Origin: Thermoplasmata archaeon
GTDB taxonomy: Archaea > Thermoplasmatota > Thermoplasmata > UBA10834
Length of the DNA: 64,000 nucleotides
Direction: 5' to 3'
Assembly (NCBI GenBank): GCA_014859835.1
Contig: JACZKW010000104.1
Coordinates: 51,608-115,607 of the forward strand
Below the pieces are notes generated by a model. That model was not told where the DNA came from. It ran no database searches and was given only the letters and a program-made list of their open reading frames with translations. Shown here one piece after another: positions 49,180 to 59,335 of the stretch. Made by a program: the position numbers and the translations under genes. The first letter of the stretch is position 1. Each line of letters begins with the position of its first letter.

Positions 49180-50126
49180 TGAACTGGGGGAGCAGGTGGC
49201 GGTGGGGGCATCGGCTGTTGCGGCTGCTGCGGAATCCGCTTCTTCCGCATCGTGAGGAGCACGACCGCGACGATAGCTACCAAGGCCACTGCAACACCTA
49301 CAACGACCAGGATCATCAACACTTGCGAAGCGGAGGCGTACTTATATTCCTTCAATTCGAGAACAACTGATGGTGTGCTGTCTCCCATTTCATAGTTCGC
49401 GATCTTGACGTAGTAGCCCACCTCATCGCAGTACCATCTGACTTCGTAGCTGTCATCTGATTCATCCATGATGGTTATCTTCAGACAGTCGAATGTGCCC
49501 GCGTCGGTTGTCAGTGACTCCTCGGCGACTGCGATCGTGAACGAATAGGTTTTCTCATCCGAATCAGAAGATGTGGATGTCATCGTCCCATCCTCCCACT
49601 CGGTATAAGTCGTGGTCTCGACGACCGTCTCGCTCCATGAATCGCCGACGCCCATCTCATCTGGCACCAATCCGGTCCCGATCGGAGGTGATGCTGTGGA
49701 GACATCCTGCGTTTCCATCCTGATCGTGAGCTCAACCTGGTTCATGACCGCTGTTGAGTTGATCCAGATGTACATGTCGTCCTTTACGGTCGCCAGTCCA
49801 TCCTTTAGCTCGTATGTGAATCCTGAATAGACCATAGATACGGTGGTGTTCACTCCCCAGACCTCACCGCTTCCAGAGATGCTCCCTGAATATTGGAGCA
49901 CATCAACGACGTAGGAATCGCTTCCGACCGTCAGTGTGTCCTCGTCCACGACCGTGAGAGTCATGTCACCAACGACATCAAAGTCGTCGATGTCCACGGA
50001 CATTTCATATGTCCAGTAATCCCCGTTCGACCGATCGAGCGCGGCGGCCGGAACGGAGGCAGCACAGAATGCGAGAGACAATACGATTGCGAATATACAC
50101 CCAGCATACCCTCTAGAAATCCTCAT
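49176..50126 (-). CDS. secreted protein with a C-terminal TM anchor and Pro-rich tail, hypothetical
   Basis: It has a signal peptide, an Asp/Thr/Ser-rich ectodomain, a TM helix and a PQQPQQPMPPPPPAPP tail. Confidence 0.4.
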   Translation of the reverse strand: MRISRGYAGCIFAIVLSLAFCAASVPAAALDRSNGDYWTYEMSVDIDDFDVVGDMTLTVVDEDTLTVGSDSYVVDVLQYSGSISGSGEVWGVNTTVSMVYSGFTYELKDGLATVKDDMYIWINSTAVMNQVELTIRMETQDVSTASPPIGTGLVPDEMGVGDSWSETVVETTTYTEWEDGTMTSTSSDSDEKTYSFTIAVAEESLTTDAGTFDCLKITIMDESDDSYEVRWYCDEVGYYVKIANYEMGDSTPSVVLELKEYKYASASQVLMILVVVGVAVALVAIVAVVLLTMRKKRIPQQPQQPMPPPPPAPPVQ

Positions 50127-50234
50127 CCAAATCCCATCCAACAAGCTTCTTACCGGTAACATGGAGCAGCATCAGGTGGTAAAAACCTTTTGTTTTGATT
50201 CATATGAGCGGACAAAGCCACGGGAAAGCATATA

Positions 50235-51386
50235 TTGCCGGATACTGTAACCATCGCCAGTGGCCGCATGAACGGGGAATTCGTCGTCACGCCCTATGGA
50301 GTGACCGGAGATGTCGATTACGACCAGCTGATCGAGAAATTCGGCACCAGAAGGATTGACAGGACACTCCTTGACAGGATAGGCACATACGGGCCAGTGC
50401 ACCACATGCTCAGGAGAGATGTGTTCTATTCTCACAGGGATCTTGAATGGGTCCTCAACGAGTACGACAAAGGGAACAGATTCACGCTCTATACTGGCCG
50501 CGGTCCATCGGGCCCGATCCATCTGGGGCACCTCATGCCATGGTCGTTCGCCAAGTATCTTCAGGATATCTTCAAGGTGAAACTGTGGTTCCAGCTAACG
50601 GATGATGAGAAGTTCCTGTACTACGACAATCTCACGCTCGAAGAGACGAAGAGGTGGGGGATGGAGAATGCACTGGATATCATCGCCCTGGGGTTCGATC
50701 CGAAACTGACGAACATGTTCCTGGACACGGAATACATCAAGACCATGTATCCGACGGCCGTCAGGGCGGCCAAGAAGATCAATTTCTCCACGATCAAAGC
50801 GGTCTTCGGCTTCGACAATTCCAATAATATCGGGAGCATATTCTTCACGAGCATACAGACGGTCCCCTGCTTCCTCGAATCGATCGAGCAGGGCAGGAAG
50901 GTGCCGTGCCTGATCCCGTGCGGGATAGACCAGGACCCTCATTTCAGGATAACCAGGGACATCGCAGAGGGATTGGGATACTACAAACCAGCACTGATAC
51001 ATGCCAAGCTGATGCCTTCGCTCGCGGGTTCGGAGAAGATGTCGACCTCATCGAAGACGGATACGACGATCTTCACCGTCGATGACAAGAAGACCGTGAA
51101 GAGGAAGATAATGAGCGCGTTCACCGGAGGCAGAGTATCGGTGGACGAGCAGAGGAAACTCGGTGGGTCTCCAGAGATTTGCTCAGTCTACCAATACCAA
51201 TCATACTTTTTCGAGCCGGATGATGATAAGCTTAAGCAGTTGTTCGAACATTGCAAGTCGGGGAAGATACTCTGCGGAGAGTGCAAGGGAATCCTGTTCG
51301 AGAAGGTTTGGAAATTCCTCGAGAATCATCAGGCCAAGAGGGAAGCGGCTAAGGAGATAGTCGATCAGTTCTTTGTGCGCGACTGA
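50235..51386 (+). CDS. trpS: tryptophanyl-tRNA synthetase (archaeal/eukaryal type)
   Basis: It has a HIGH-type motif (GPIHLGH), a KMSTS motif and strong collinearity with eukaryotic-type TrpRS. Confidence 0.88.
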   Translation: MPDTVTIASGRMNGEFVVTPYGVTGDVDYDQLIEKFGTRRIDRTLLDRIGTYGPVHHMLRRDVFYSHRDLEWVLNEYDKGNRFTLYTGRGPSGPIHLGHLMPWSFAKYLQDIFKVKLWFQLTDDEKFLYYDNLTLEETKRWGMENALDIIALGFDPKLTNMFLDTEYIKTMYPTAVRAAKKINFSTIKAVFGFDNSNNIGSIFFTSIQTVPCFLESIEQGRKVPCLIPCGIDQDPHFRITRDIAEGLGYYKPALIHAKLMPSLAGSEKMSTSSKTDTTIFTVDDKKTVKRKIMSAFTGGRVSVDEQRKLGGSPEICSVYQYQSYFFEPDDDKLKQLFEHCKSGKILCGECKGILFEKVWKFLENHQAKREAAKEIVDQFFVRD

Positions 51387-51437
51387 TGGGACAATGATGA
51401 TTACCGATGGAGTCGATTCGCTATCAGGGTATTCGCT

Positions 51438-51848
51438 TTGAGGCTGAAACCTATCGCCACCGTAGTCAACACGGTGTCTGAAGACATTCGGGACTGGGAT
51501 GAGGTGGAGTCAAGGCTCGTTTTCGAGAAGGAATATGTGCCTGGATTGTACAAGTTGGAGAGATTCAAGCACATATGGGTGATCTTCGGATTCCATAAGA
51601 AACGTGGATGGTCTGCCCGGGTGCATCCGATGCACGATCCAAATAGGCCATTAGTAGGTGTGTTCGCGACCAGATCGCCGAAGAGGCCGAACAGACTTGG
51701 CTTGACCCTCGTCGAACTGGTCAGTATCCGTGGCAACATAGTCAGGGTCAGAGGACTGGATGCATACAATGGAAGCCCGGTCTGGGACATAAAGCCATAC
51801 GAGAAGGAGATAGTCTATGACAGCCAGGACCGCCGGAAAAGTAGATAA
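51438..51848 (+). CDS. TsaA/TrmO-family tRNA methyltransferase (YaeB-like)
   Basis: It has the RPNRLGLTLVELV signature and is about 135 aa long. Confidence 0.7.
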   Translation: MRLKPIATVVNTVSEDIRDWDEVESRLVFEKEYVPGLYKLERFKHIWVIFGFHKKRGWSARVHPMHDPNRPLVGVFATRSPKRPNRLGLTLVELVSIRGNIVRVRGLDAYNGSPVWDIKPYEKEIVYDSQDRRKSR

Positions 51849-51873
51849 GCCGTATGCTCGATGAACCTCTGAC

Positions 51874-53403
51874 ATGGCAGACGAAGACGTCTTGGAACAA
51901 CTCAGTTACTCCGAGAAGAAGGTCTTGAAGGCCTTGAATACGCTCAAGACGTCCACTCCCGAGAACATACAGAAAGAGGGCGGGTTCGACCAGGTGGTTG
52001 AGGTCATGAACGCAGCGTCATGGCTTCAGGCGAAGGGACTGGTCGAAATAAGAGAGGTAATACGCAAGAACTACTCGTTGAAGCGAAAGGATGTCGCTGC
52101 CAAGAAGCTGCCCGAAAGAGTCGTGCTCGAAGTCGTAATGCAAGATTTCGGAGGCAGGGTGTCCCTCGCCGATCTAAAGGCGTCGGGCAAATTGAAGATC
52201 GAAGATATCCAGATAGCGCTTGGATGGATCAAGAGGAAAGGTTGGGGAGATCTCACCAAAGAGGGCCCCGACACCATCGTCATAATGACTGACAAGGGCA
52301 TGGCTGCCCTATCAGAGAAGGGCGATGATGAACTCACAATCGAGAGGCTTGCGACGAGCGAGCTATCGGAAGAGGATGCTCCAGAAGGAGTGCTCGAAGC
52401 GCTCAAACAACGCAAGGACTTCTTGAATGAGAAGCATATCGTCATCAGGACGATAACGCTAACAGAAAAGGGAAGCGAACTTGCCGCTCGTCCTTTTGAG
52501 ATGCGGGAAGAGGTCGCGCAGATCACGCCCGAGCTCATCCAATCAGGGAGATGGAGAGAGGTCAATCTTCGCAAGTACGATGTCAAGGCGTTCGCGCCAA
52601 CCGCAGTCGGTGGGAGAAAGCATCCGATGACCATTCTCATCGACCGCGTAAGAGAAGCATTCCTCACAATGGGATTCACCGAGATACGAGGACAGTATGT
52701 GGAAAGCGCCTTCTGGAACATGGACGTCCTCTTCACGGCTCAGGATCATCCCGCGAGAGAGATGCAGGATACATTCTATCTGAAGAACCCTGACAAGATA
52801 AATCTCACCAAGGACCGGGAACTCGTGGACATTGTCAAGCAGGTCCACGAGAACGGTTGGAAGACAGGCTCCCTCGGATGGAGATACGACTGGAAGATAG
52901 AGGAAGCGGAGAGGGCTCTGCTGAGGACACATTCGACGGTCAATACAGCGAGATACATCGCAGAGAATCCGGAGCTCCCGTTCAAGGTATTCTCCATTGG
53001 CAGGATATTCAGGAGCGAGGCGATGGACTCGACCCACCTTCCGGAATTCACACAGATAGAGGGCATCGTCTGCGAGGAAGGGGCCAACTTCAACATGCTG
53101 TGTGGTCTGCTCAAGGAATTCTATAGACGCATGGGTATACCTGAAATGAGGATCAGACCGGCTTACTTCCCGTATACTGAACCATCCCTTGAAGTCGAGA
53201 TACTGTGGAAGGGACAATGGATGGAGCTTGGAGGAGCGGGCATCTTCAGGCCTGAGGTAACCGAACCTCTGGGTGTGAAAGAGCCAGTACTGGCATGGGG
53301 ACTTGGATTGGAGCGGCTCGGAATGCTCCTATGGGGATTGGATGACATCAGGGACATCTATGTGTCGGACATAGACTGGTTGAGGAAGGCACCTCAAGTG
53401 TGA
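51874..53403 (+). CDS. pheS: phenylalanyl-tRNA synthetase alpha subunit (archaeal type)
   Basis: N-terminal wHTH repeats are followed by class II motifs 1-3 (FRPEVTEP..., GAGIFRPEV...). Confidence 0.9.
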   Translation: MADEDVLEQLSYSEKKVLKALNTLKTSTPENIQKEGGFDQVVEVMNAASWLQAKGLVEIREVIRKNYSLKRKDVAAKKLPERVVLEVVMQDFGGRVSLADLKASGKLKIEDIQIALGWIKRKGWGDLTKEGPDTIVIMTDKGMAALSEKGDDELTIERLATSELSEEDAPEGVLEALKQRKDFLNEKHIVIRTITLTEKGSELAARPFEMREEVAQITPELIQSGRWREVNLRKYDVKAFAPTAVGGRKHPMTILIDRVREAFLTMGFTEIRGQYVESAFWNMDVLFTAQDHPAREMQDTFYLKNPDKINLTKDRELVDIVKQVHENGWKTGSLGWRYDWKIEEAERALLRTHSTVNTARYIAENPELPFKVFSIGRIFRSEAMDSTHLPEFTQIEGIVCEEGANFNMLCGLLKEFYRRMGIPEMRIRPAYFPYTEPSLEVEILWKGQWMELGGAGIFRPEVTEPLGVKEPVLAWGLGLERLGMLLWGLDDIRDIYVSDIDWLRKAPQV

Positions 53404-53418
53404 ATTTTCTTATTCCGA

Positions 53419-53628
53419 TCAGAACTCTTTGATCTCGGCATTCCATAACGATGCATCTTCAATGTGAAGTAACGAGGGCACGAAGAATCCATATGCCATC
53501 ACCACAGTCAACGTGATTCCAGCAGCAAGATACCAAATCGAGACCCCGACAGCGTCAGCATCCGGGCTGGTCACTACAAGGCCAATCAGCGCCATGGCAG
53601 TTGTTGAGCTCATGAGGAGGGAGAACAC
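53419..53628 (-). CDS. small membrane protein, hypothetical
   Basis: It has two hydrophobic helices and no homology signal. Confidence 0.25.
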   Translation of the reverse strand: MFSLLMSSTTAMALIGLVVTSPDADAVGVSIWYLAAGITLTVVMAYGFFVPSLLHIEDASLWNAEIKEF

Positions 53629-53742
53629 ACGCCCTGCATCTCAAATGAAGGCTTCTGCCCGTCAGGTGACAACATTCCAATTAATTAGCACTGAGATTGT
53701 GTGGACACCCATTGAGAAGTTTATATAGTTCTAGTTCAAGTC

Positions 53743-55467
53743 ATGAGTAAGGAAATGGTTGCCATGTCAGATGATATTCCTATTCCCACCAAACCGTTGA
53801 AGAGACAAGTATCCATCATGAATTTGATACTTGCAACTGTATCAGTTGGAGTTGCCGCGATTCTTCTCACTGCAGTCGTGATGAGTCCGTCATTGTCACC
53901 ACTAGCTTCAGTGCATGATTCAGATGGAGATGGCCATGCAGACAGTACGGACGATTTTCCAGATGACCCATCAGAATGGTCCGATTCGGACGGGGACGGC
54001 GTAGGAGATTTTTCTGACTATTTCCCGAATGACGTTTCTGAATGGAATGATGCTGATGATGACGGATACGGAGATAACTCAGACGAATTTCCAGAGGACG
54101 AGAATGAATGGGCAGATTCAGATGGCGATGGCGTGGGAGACAATTCTGATGACTTCCCCGACGACCCAGATGAATCCATAGATTCGGACGGAGATGGCGT
54201 CGGAGATGGCGAGGACGAATTCCCTGAAGACTCGTCGGAGACATCCGACTCAGATGGTGACGGTGTTGGGGATAATGGGGACCTCTTCCCGGATGATCCG
54301 TACCAATCTGCTCCGACTGGAGAGTTCGAAGGATATAACTCGGTCTATTACTTCAACGAGATATACCTGTGGGTGATCAATATGAGCATTGACGCATCAT
54401 GGAACGATATCACGATCTCGATCTCAGATGGATATCACGACTGCGCATGGGGGCCATCATCGGATGATCTGAGCCACGAACCGAATGATGTGTGGAACTA
54501 TGGCAGCACGACCTTGGGCGACCTGGTCATCGATTTGGCGATCATGGATTACACCGCGGATGGCAACATGTCCCAAGGGGACGCACTATGGTTCACCGCC
54601 TATAATGTGGCCTTCCGATACGGCACGGATTATGTTGTCTCAGCGATATACGAGCCGGCTGGAGTAACTATCGCCGATTATACATGCAGGGAAGATCTGC
54701 TCTATTGCCCGTATCTCTCAGTCGATGGTGAGATGCTAGCAGACGGCGTGATGTTCACCGTCTTGGGAATCAGTACAGAGATAATCTGGTCTGACCTAGA
54801 AGTGGCACTTTCCGACGAGGAGGATACCGTCACCTGGAACATGTTGTCAGAAGATGATCTGAATGACGAACCTGAGGACTCGCAAGATTACGGACCGAGG
54901 GTGCTCGGAGATATCGTGGTAAGACTCACCGTTGTAGATGTCGATGGGAACGGGTATGCGAGTGTTTTCGATCACTTCATCCTCAACACCGATTCCTTCG
55001 AAGACGATACTCTGTACACAATCGCTTTCATCTATGAACCGCTCGACGAGATCATGTCAGAGGACCTCTTCACAACCGGTGGAACGACGGTCACGCCGAC
55101 AACACAGTTGACGAAGTCGACCATCACAAATGGCATAAAATTGACTTTCGCAGCGATTAGCGAGACCACACAATGGACCGATGTCACGATACTCATCTCG
55201 GATGGCTCCAATACCGCTGCCTGGATCAATATCACATCGGAAGACCTGACTGGTGGGGCAGGCACCAGGCACAACTACGCATCCGTAACGCTCGGGTCAC
55301 TCATCGTATGGCTGAACATCACAGATCTCTCAGGGAATGGGTATCTAAACCAGGGGGATTACATGTCGTTGACGGCGAACTCGTTCGCATCGACGACAAC
55401 ATACACGGTGACGGTGATCTTCGAACCGACAGCATGCGAGATGACCCATATCAATTTCAACGGTTGA
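53743..55467 (+). CDS. membrane-anchored surface protein with thrombospondin-type-3-like Ca-binding repeats plus three tandem ~100-aa domains
   Basis: An N-terminal TM helix is followed by four or more DxDxDGxGDxxD repeats (DSDGDGVGDNSDDFPDDP...EW) and then three homologous domains beginning W(N/S/T)D(I/L/V)T(I/V). Confidence 0.6.
   Translation: MSKEMVAMSDDIPIPTKPLKRQVSIMNLILATVSVGVAAILLTAVVMSPSLSPLASVHDSDGDGHADSTDDFPDDPSEWSDSDGDGVGDFSDYFPNDVSEWNDADDDGYGDNSDEFPEDENEWADSDGDGVGDNSDDFPDDPDESIDSDGDGVGDGEDEFPEDSSETSDSDGDGVGDNGDLFPDDPYQSAPTGEFEGYNSVYYFNEIYLWVINMSIDASWNDITISISDGYHDCAWGPSSDDLSHEPNDVWNYGSTTLGDLVIDLAIMDYTADGNMSQGDALWFTAYNVAFRYGTDYVVSAIYEPAGVTIADYTCREDLLYCPYLSVDGEMLADGVMFTVLGISTEIIWSDLEVALSDEEDTVTWNMLSEDDLNDEPEDSQDYGPRVLGDIVVRLTVVDVDGNGYASVFDHFILNTDSFEDDTLYTIAFIYEPLDEIMSEDLFTTGGTTVTPTTQLTKSTITNGIKLTFAAISETTQWTDVTILISDGSNTAAWINITSEDLTGGAGTRHNYASVTLGSLIVWLNITDLSGNGYLNQGDYMSLTANSFASTTTYTVTVIFEPTACEMTHINFNG
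53925..54300 (+). repeat. imperfect tandem DNA repeats (~90-bp period) encoding the TSP3-like Ca-binding units
   Basis: The units gattcggacggggacggcgtaggagat, gattcagatggcgatggcgtgggagac, gattcggacggagatggcgtcggagat and gactcagatggtgacggtgttggggat recur with similar spacing. Confidence 0.5.
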
Positions 55468-55491
55468 TCCAGACCGAGGCGAATGAACACG

Positions 55492-57915
55492 TCAGAGCTT
55501 GCCCAAGGCCGTCTCTATCATAGCCGTCAGGTCGGCTGATCCGGAGCGTTCTGACAGCTCTTTCGCATCTTCGAGACAGCGTCTTGCCCGATCACATTCA
55601 CCCTTGTCCATCAACATGATACCGAGTTCCATCTTCCTCTTGCCAAGAAGCCTCGGTGCTTCGACATCCTTGAGGGCTGCGAGACTCTCCAGGTAGTACT
55701 CCTCGCTGGTCACAAAATCACCCATCAGTTGAGACGACTTGCCCAGGTTCGCATATGCTAACGACATTCCCAATCTGTCGTTCAATTCGGTGAAGACTTC
55801 TAGCGCGTTGAAACAATGTTCCTTGGCTGATGCCGGGTCGCCGATCTTGGCCAAGAGCTCCGACAGAGATGATTGTGCATATGCTCTCGTGCGAGGCTGC
55901 CCGGTCTCCGTCGCCAACTTCACTGCGTTCTCCAGATGTAGCCTCGCCTCTGCATGCTTGCCCAGATGAGCGCATGCGGCACCCATGTTCACATACACAT
56001 TGGCAAGGTCTACTGGGCCGAACCCGGCCGCACACTTCGAGAAATGCGAGATCGCCTCCTCGTATAGACCACGACCGATGAAGACATTCCCGAGCTCGAG
56101 ATGGGCCATGAGCATACCTTTTGAATCCATGACCGACATCGAGTCGCGAGCGCTCGATTCGAGCAGCTCCTGTGCCCGTTCATAGTTGCCCAACTTACTC
56201 TCAACCACGCCCTCACCACGGAGGGCTTTTGCCCTTTGGGCTGGCAGGTCCTGAGAGCAGTCGAGTGCTTCGGAGAACAACCGCGATGCTTGTTCAAGAT
56301 CCCCTTGTTTGCTCCGGATCTTCCCTAGCTCGATCAGTGACTCGGCTCGCACGGAACCATTATCGCATCTAGAAAGCTCTTCGAGGAGATGCGTCGATGC
56401 GGAATACTCGCCGACCTTGTTCGCGGCCTTAGCCTTAAGCAGCGTGACCGACTGGACATACTTCGGTTTCTGCGGAATGAAATCCCTTAGAACCAACCAC
56501 AATTGCTGGACGTTTCCATTTTCCATGAGAGACTCACCGAGCCTCGACATCATGATCTCCGATTCCAGGTGCCTGTTCGCACGGATCAGATGATGTAACC
56601 TCTCGGGGTCGTCTCCCACCTTGATGTAATAATCGGCGGCCACGCTGTGCCAGGATGTGCGGATATCAGACGGCATCGAATCATAAACGAAGCTCTGCAA
56701 CGAGGAATGTATCTCGAAACGGCCGGGGGCCACCTCGCGGAGCATGGAACCCTTCCGAACCTGTCGGAGGTCCTTCGGTATCGCCTCGGCAGGAAAAGGT
56801 CTGTTGAATACCGAGGCAAATTGCAGTAGGGATTTCTCCTGGTCAGAGAGATCAGCGTAAAACTCCTCCTCGAGGAATTTGGATATCTGTGATTTGGCTT
56901 CGCTGAGACCCGAGACAGTTATCATCTCAAGGGAGAGAGGATGACCCTTGGTCAGAGAGGCGAGCTGTTTCGCCACGTCGCCTTTGATGCCGCGGTCTTC
57001 TAGTAGCCTGAGTGACGCCCTCTGATCGAGCCCGTCGAGATCAACCTCACACACCTCGTTCCTGGCCACGACATCGGACTTGTCGTAGAATCGTGTGACA
57101 CCCTCAGAGGTCATGATGATCTTCGCAGATCCACTGCTGTGCCTGAACATCATGAAGAAATCAAAGAGATTATTGGAAGCGTCGGCATCATCGAATATGA
57201 ATGTGAATCCGTTCTCAGAAAGTTCCTCGTTGAGGAGAACGCTGAGTTCGCCGAGCTCAGCCTTCCCCGAGGTCAGATAAGCGGACAATTTCCGACATCC
57301 ATTGTCTGAGAAGAATCTGGCCAACGAATCAATCAGAGTCTTCGCTACATCCCAGGGTTTCACAGAGTGCCAAAATACTCTCTGTCCTGTGAGCTCCGAT
57401 GCGACCTTCGCAACGAGCGTCGTCTTGCCGATCCCGGCGATACCTTTCACGCAGACGATCTTGCTGGTAGAATCAGACATCGCAGCGTGCATGGATGCGA
57501 TTTCCCTCTCCCGCCCATAGAATGACTTGATCGATGGTAGCGGAGAGGATTTCCTGGTAGCTCTGGTCTTCGCACCATTCGTCATCGGGACTACCTTCGA
57601 CGGGTCGACCATCGGGTCGATTCCGTTATCCTTCACGTACTGAAGGATCGTCGCGCCATTTGATTTGCCCCCATGAGTGAGGAAATACGCCTTCCGCCTC
57701 GTCTTGCCTCTCTTGACATGCGAAAGACGCTCGTCGATCAATCCCGTGGACTTGAGCTTCTTGAGTTCGATCGCCGCGTGCGCACGGGATATGGAGCATG
57801 CCTGAGATATTCCGTCCTGAGTCACGTCGAACGGAACCTCGAACTTGTCCTCGTGCTTGACATATTGGTTCAGATGGAATATGATCCTCTCAGAAACTGT
57901 TAGTGTTCCACCCAT
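55492..57915 (-). CDS. STAND-class P-loop NTPase with an N-terminal wHTH and a C-terminal TPR array
   Basis: It has an N-terminal winged-helix domain, a Walker A motif (GIAGIGKTTL) with NB-ARC-like GxP/Walker B motifs, and a C-terminal ~350 aa of TPR-like repeats. Confidence 0.7.
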   Translation of the reverse strand: MGGTLTVSERIIFHLNQYVKHEDKFEVPFDVTQDGISQACSISRAHAAIELKKLKSTGLIDERLSHVKRGKTRRKAYFLTHGGKSNGATILQYVKDNGIDPMVDPSKVVPMTNGAKTRATRKSSPLPSIKSFYGREREIASMHAAMSDSTSKIVCVKGIAGIGKTTLVAKVASELTGQRVFWHSVKPWDVAKTLIDSLARFFSDNGCRKLSAYLTSGKAELGELSVLLNEELSENGFTFIFDDADASNNLFDFFMMFRHSSGSAKIIMTSEGVTRFYDKSDVVARNEVCEVDLDGLDQRASLRLLEDRGIKGDVAKQLASLTKGHPLSLEMITVSGLSEAKSQISKFLEEEFYADLSDQEKSLLQFASVFNRPFPAEAIPKDLRQVRKGSMLREVAPGRFEIHSSLQSFVYDSMPSDIRTSWHSVAADYYIKVGDDPERLHHLIRANRHLESEIMMSRLGESLMENGNVQQLWLVLRDFIPQKPKYVQSVTLLKAKAANKVGEYSASTHLLEELSRCDNGSVRAESLIELGKIRSKQGDLEQASRLFSEALDCSQDLPAQRAKALRGEGVVESKLGNYERAQELLESSARDSMSVMDSKGMLMAHLELGNVFIGRGLYEEAISHFSKCAAGFGPVDLANVYVNMGAACAHLGKHAEARLHLENAVKLATETGQPRTRAYAQSSLSELLAKIGDPASAKEHCFNALEVFTELNDRLGMSLAYANLGKSSQLMGDFVTSEEYYLESLAALKDVEAPRLLGKRKMELGIMLMDKGECDRARRCLEDAKELSERSGSADLTAMIETALGKL

Positions 57916-58029
57916 GCAACTGAATAATCTAAAAACCCGTTATATAAAGGCGATTATCACATGCAATCCGTGTTTCTCAATTCTGCCATGATACGGAGGA
58001 GTCTTCATTGCCTTCTTGAAGTGAATAAA

Positions 58030-59310
58030 TCAATCGTTCGATGACGGGGGCGTTTCCTCATGGACGAGGAAGTGCACCATCGATATCGTGAATATGCCCA
58101 CGAGCCCCGAGAGCAGGAATGGGATCATCGTACCGTCGAAAGGCGATGGGAGCCCGAAATCCCTTCCCTGGAAAGTATCCCAAAGGAATCCGCCGAGCGG
58201 TGCACCTATCACCGATCCCATGTTGGTCATCGATTCGAGCAATCCGATCAATCTCCCGCGGACGTTCTCGGGGACAATGTCTGCCTGCAGCGCCCTCAAG
58301 GCAGGCGATGATACCTGGAAGGCCATGCTCCTGCAGGCCAGCATTACAACGACAACCGCGAGGACTGGACTGAGCGGCAGGAGCATCGTGGCGATGAATG
58401 CGACGTATCCCCCCATGACAAACATCCGTTTCTTCCCGACGCGATCCGCCAACCGGCCAGATGGAAGCGCGACCAACGCCCCCAACCCCATGGCCACCCC
58501 CATCAGTATCGATATGACACCTGCGCCCATAGAAAAGCGGAACGCGAGGAACAGGACCACCAGAGGCCCGATGCTCGCAAACGAGAAGCCTTCCATCATC
58601 GCGTTCGCATACAGTATCTTCAGATGACGGAGCCTTTTGGGTTCTAGCCCTTCGGGACGAATCAACTCCCGCAATCTGAGTTTCTTCTTGGTCCGATCGG
58701 CTGCCTTCGCATCGGTCACCTTGCGCCACACGAGTATGGCAGCTATGACGGAGAGTGCCGCCGTGAAGTAGAATGGGAGTCTGAAAGCTTCCTGGTCTGT
58801 GTAACCCATATATTCACTGGCGAGTATGAATAGAGAACCGCCGACGAACGGTCCCACGACGAACCCCAGGTTGGATGCCATCACGATTTTGCCCATGGAA
58901 GCGCCCCGCTTGTTGGCAGGTGTGGAGTCGATGACCAATGCTTCCGTGACCGGCCAGACCATGGCGCTGGCCACGCCCTGGAACCCTCTCACGAAAATCA
59001 GGCCGACCCAGGAGTTCGGGATGACGAACAGGATCGCCAGCACCGCATACAGGATGGTTCCGAAGAGGATCATCGGTTTCCTGCCCAAGCGGTCTGATAG
59101 GTTGCCGAACGTGGTCGCGAAGAGCGCTCTGGTGAGGACGAACGATGAGAAGAGGATGCCGACCTCCAGTCCGCCTCCACCAAGGAGTTCCACATAAGTG
59201 GGGAAGAGTGGCAGGATCAAGCCAAAGCCCAGGCTGATGATGAAATCGAGGCCGGCGAGGTAATTGACATTTCGCCTCGCTGCATCCGCATCGAGCAATG
59301 GCGAGCTCAA
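58030..59310 (-). CDS. MFS transporter
   Basis: It has 12 predicted TM helices and MFS signature loops (GxLSDRxGRK). Confidence 0.75.
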   Translation of the reverse strand: MSSPLLDADAARRNVNYLAGLDFIISLGFGLILPLFPTYVELLGGGGLEVGILFSSFVLTRALFATTFGNLSDRLGRKPMILFGTILYAVLAILFVIPNSWVGLIFVRGFQGVASAMVWPVTEALVIDSTPANKRGASMGKIVMASNLGFVVGPFVGGSLFILASEYMGYTDQEAFRLPFYFTAALSVIAAILVWRKVTDAKAADRTKKKLRLRELIRPEGLEPKRLRHLKILYANAMMEGFSFASIGPLVVLFLAFRFSMGAGVISILMGVAMGLGALVALPSGRLADRVGKKRMFVMGGYVAFIATMLLPLSPVLAVVVVMLACRSMAFQVSSPALRALQADIVPENVRGRLIGLLESMTNMGSVIGAPLGGFLWDTFQGRDFGLPSPFDGTMIPFLLSGLVGIFTISMVHFLVHEETPPSSND

Positions 59311-59335
59311 GTCAATCAGACCATGTTCCAGAGGG

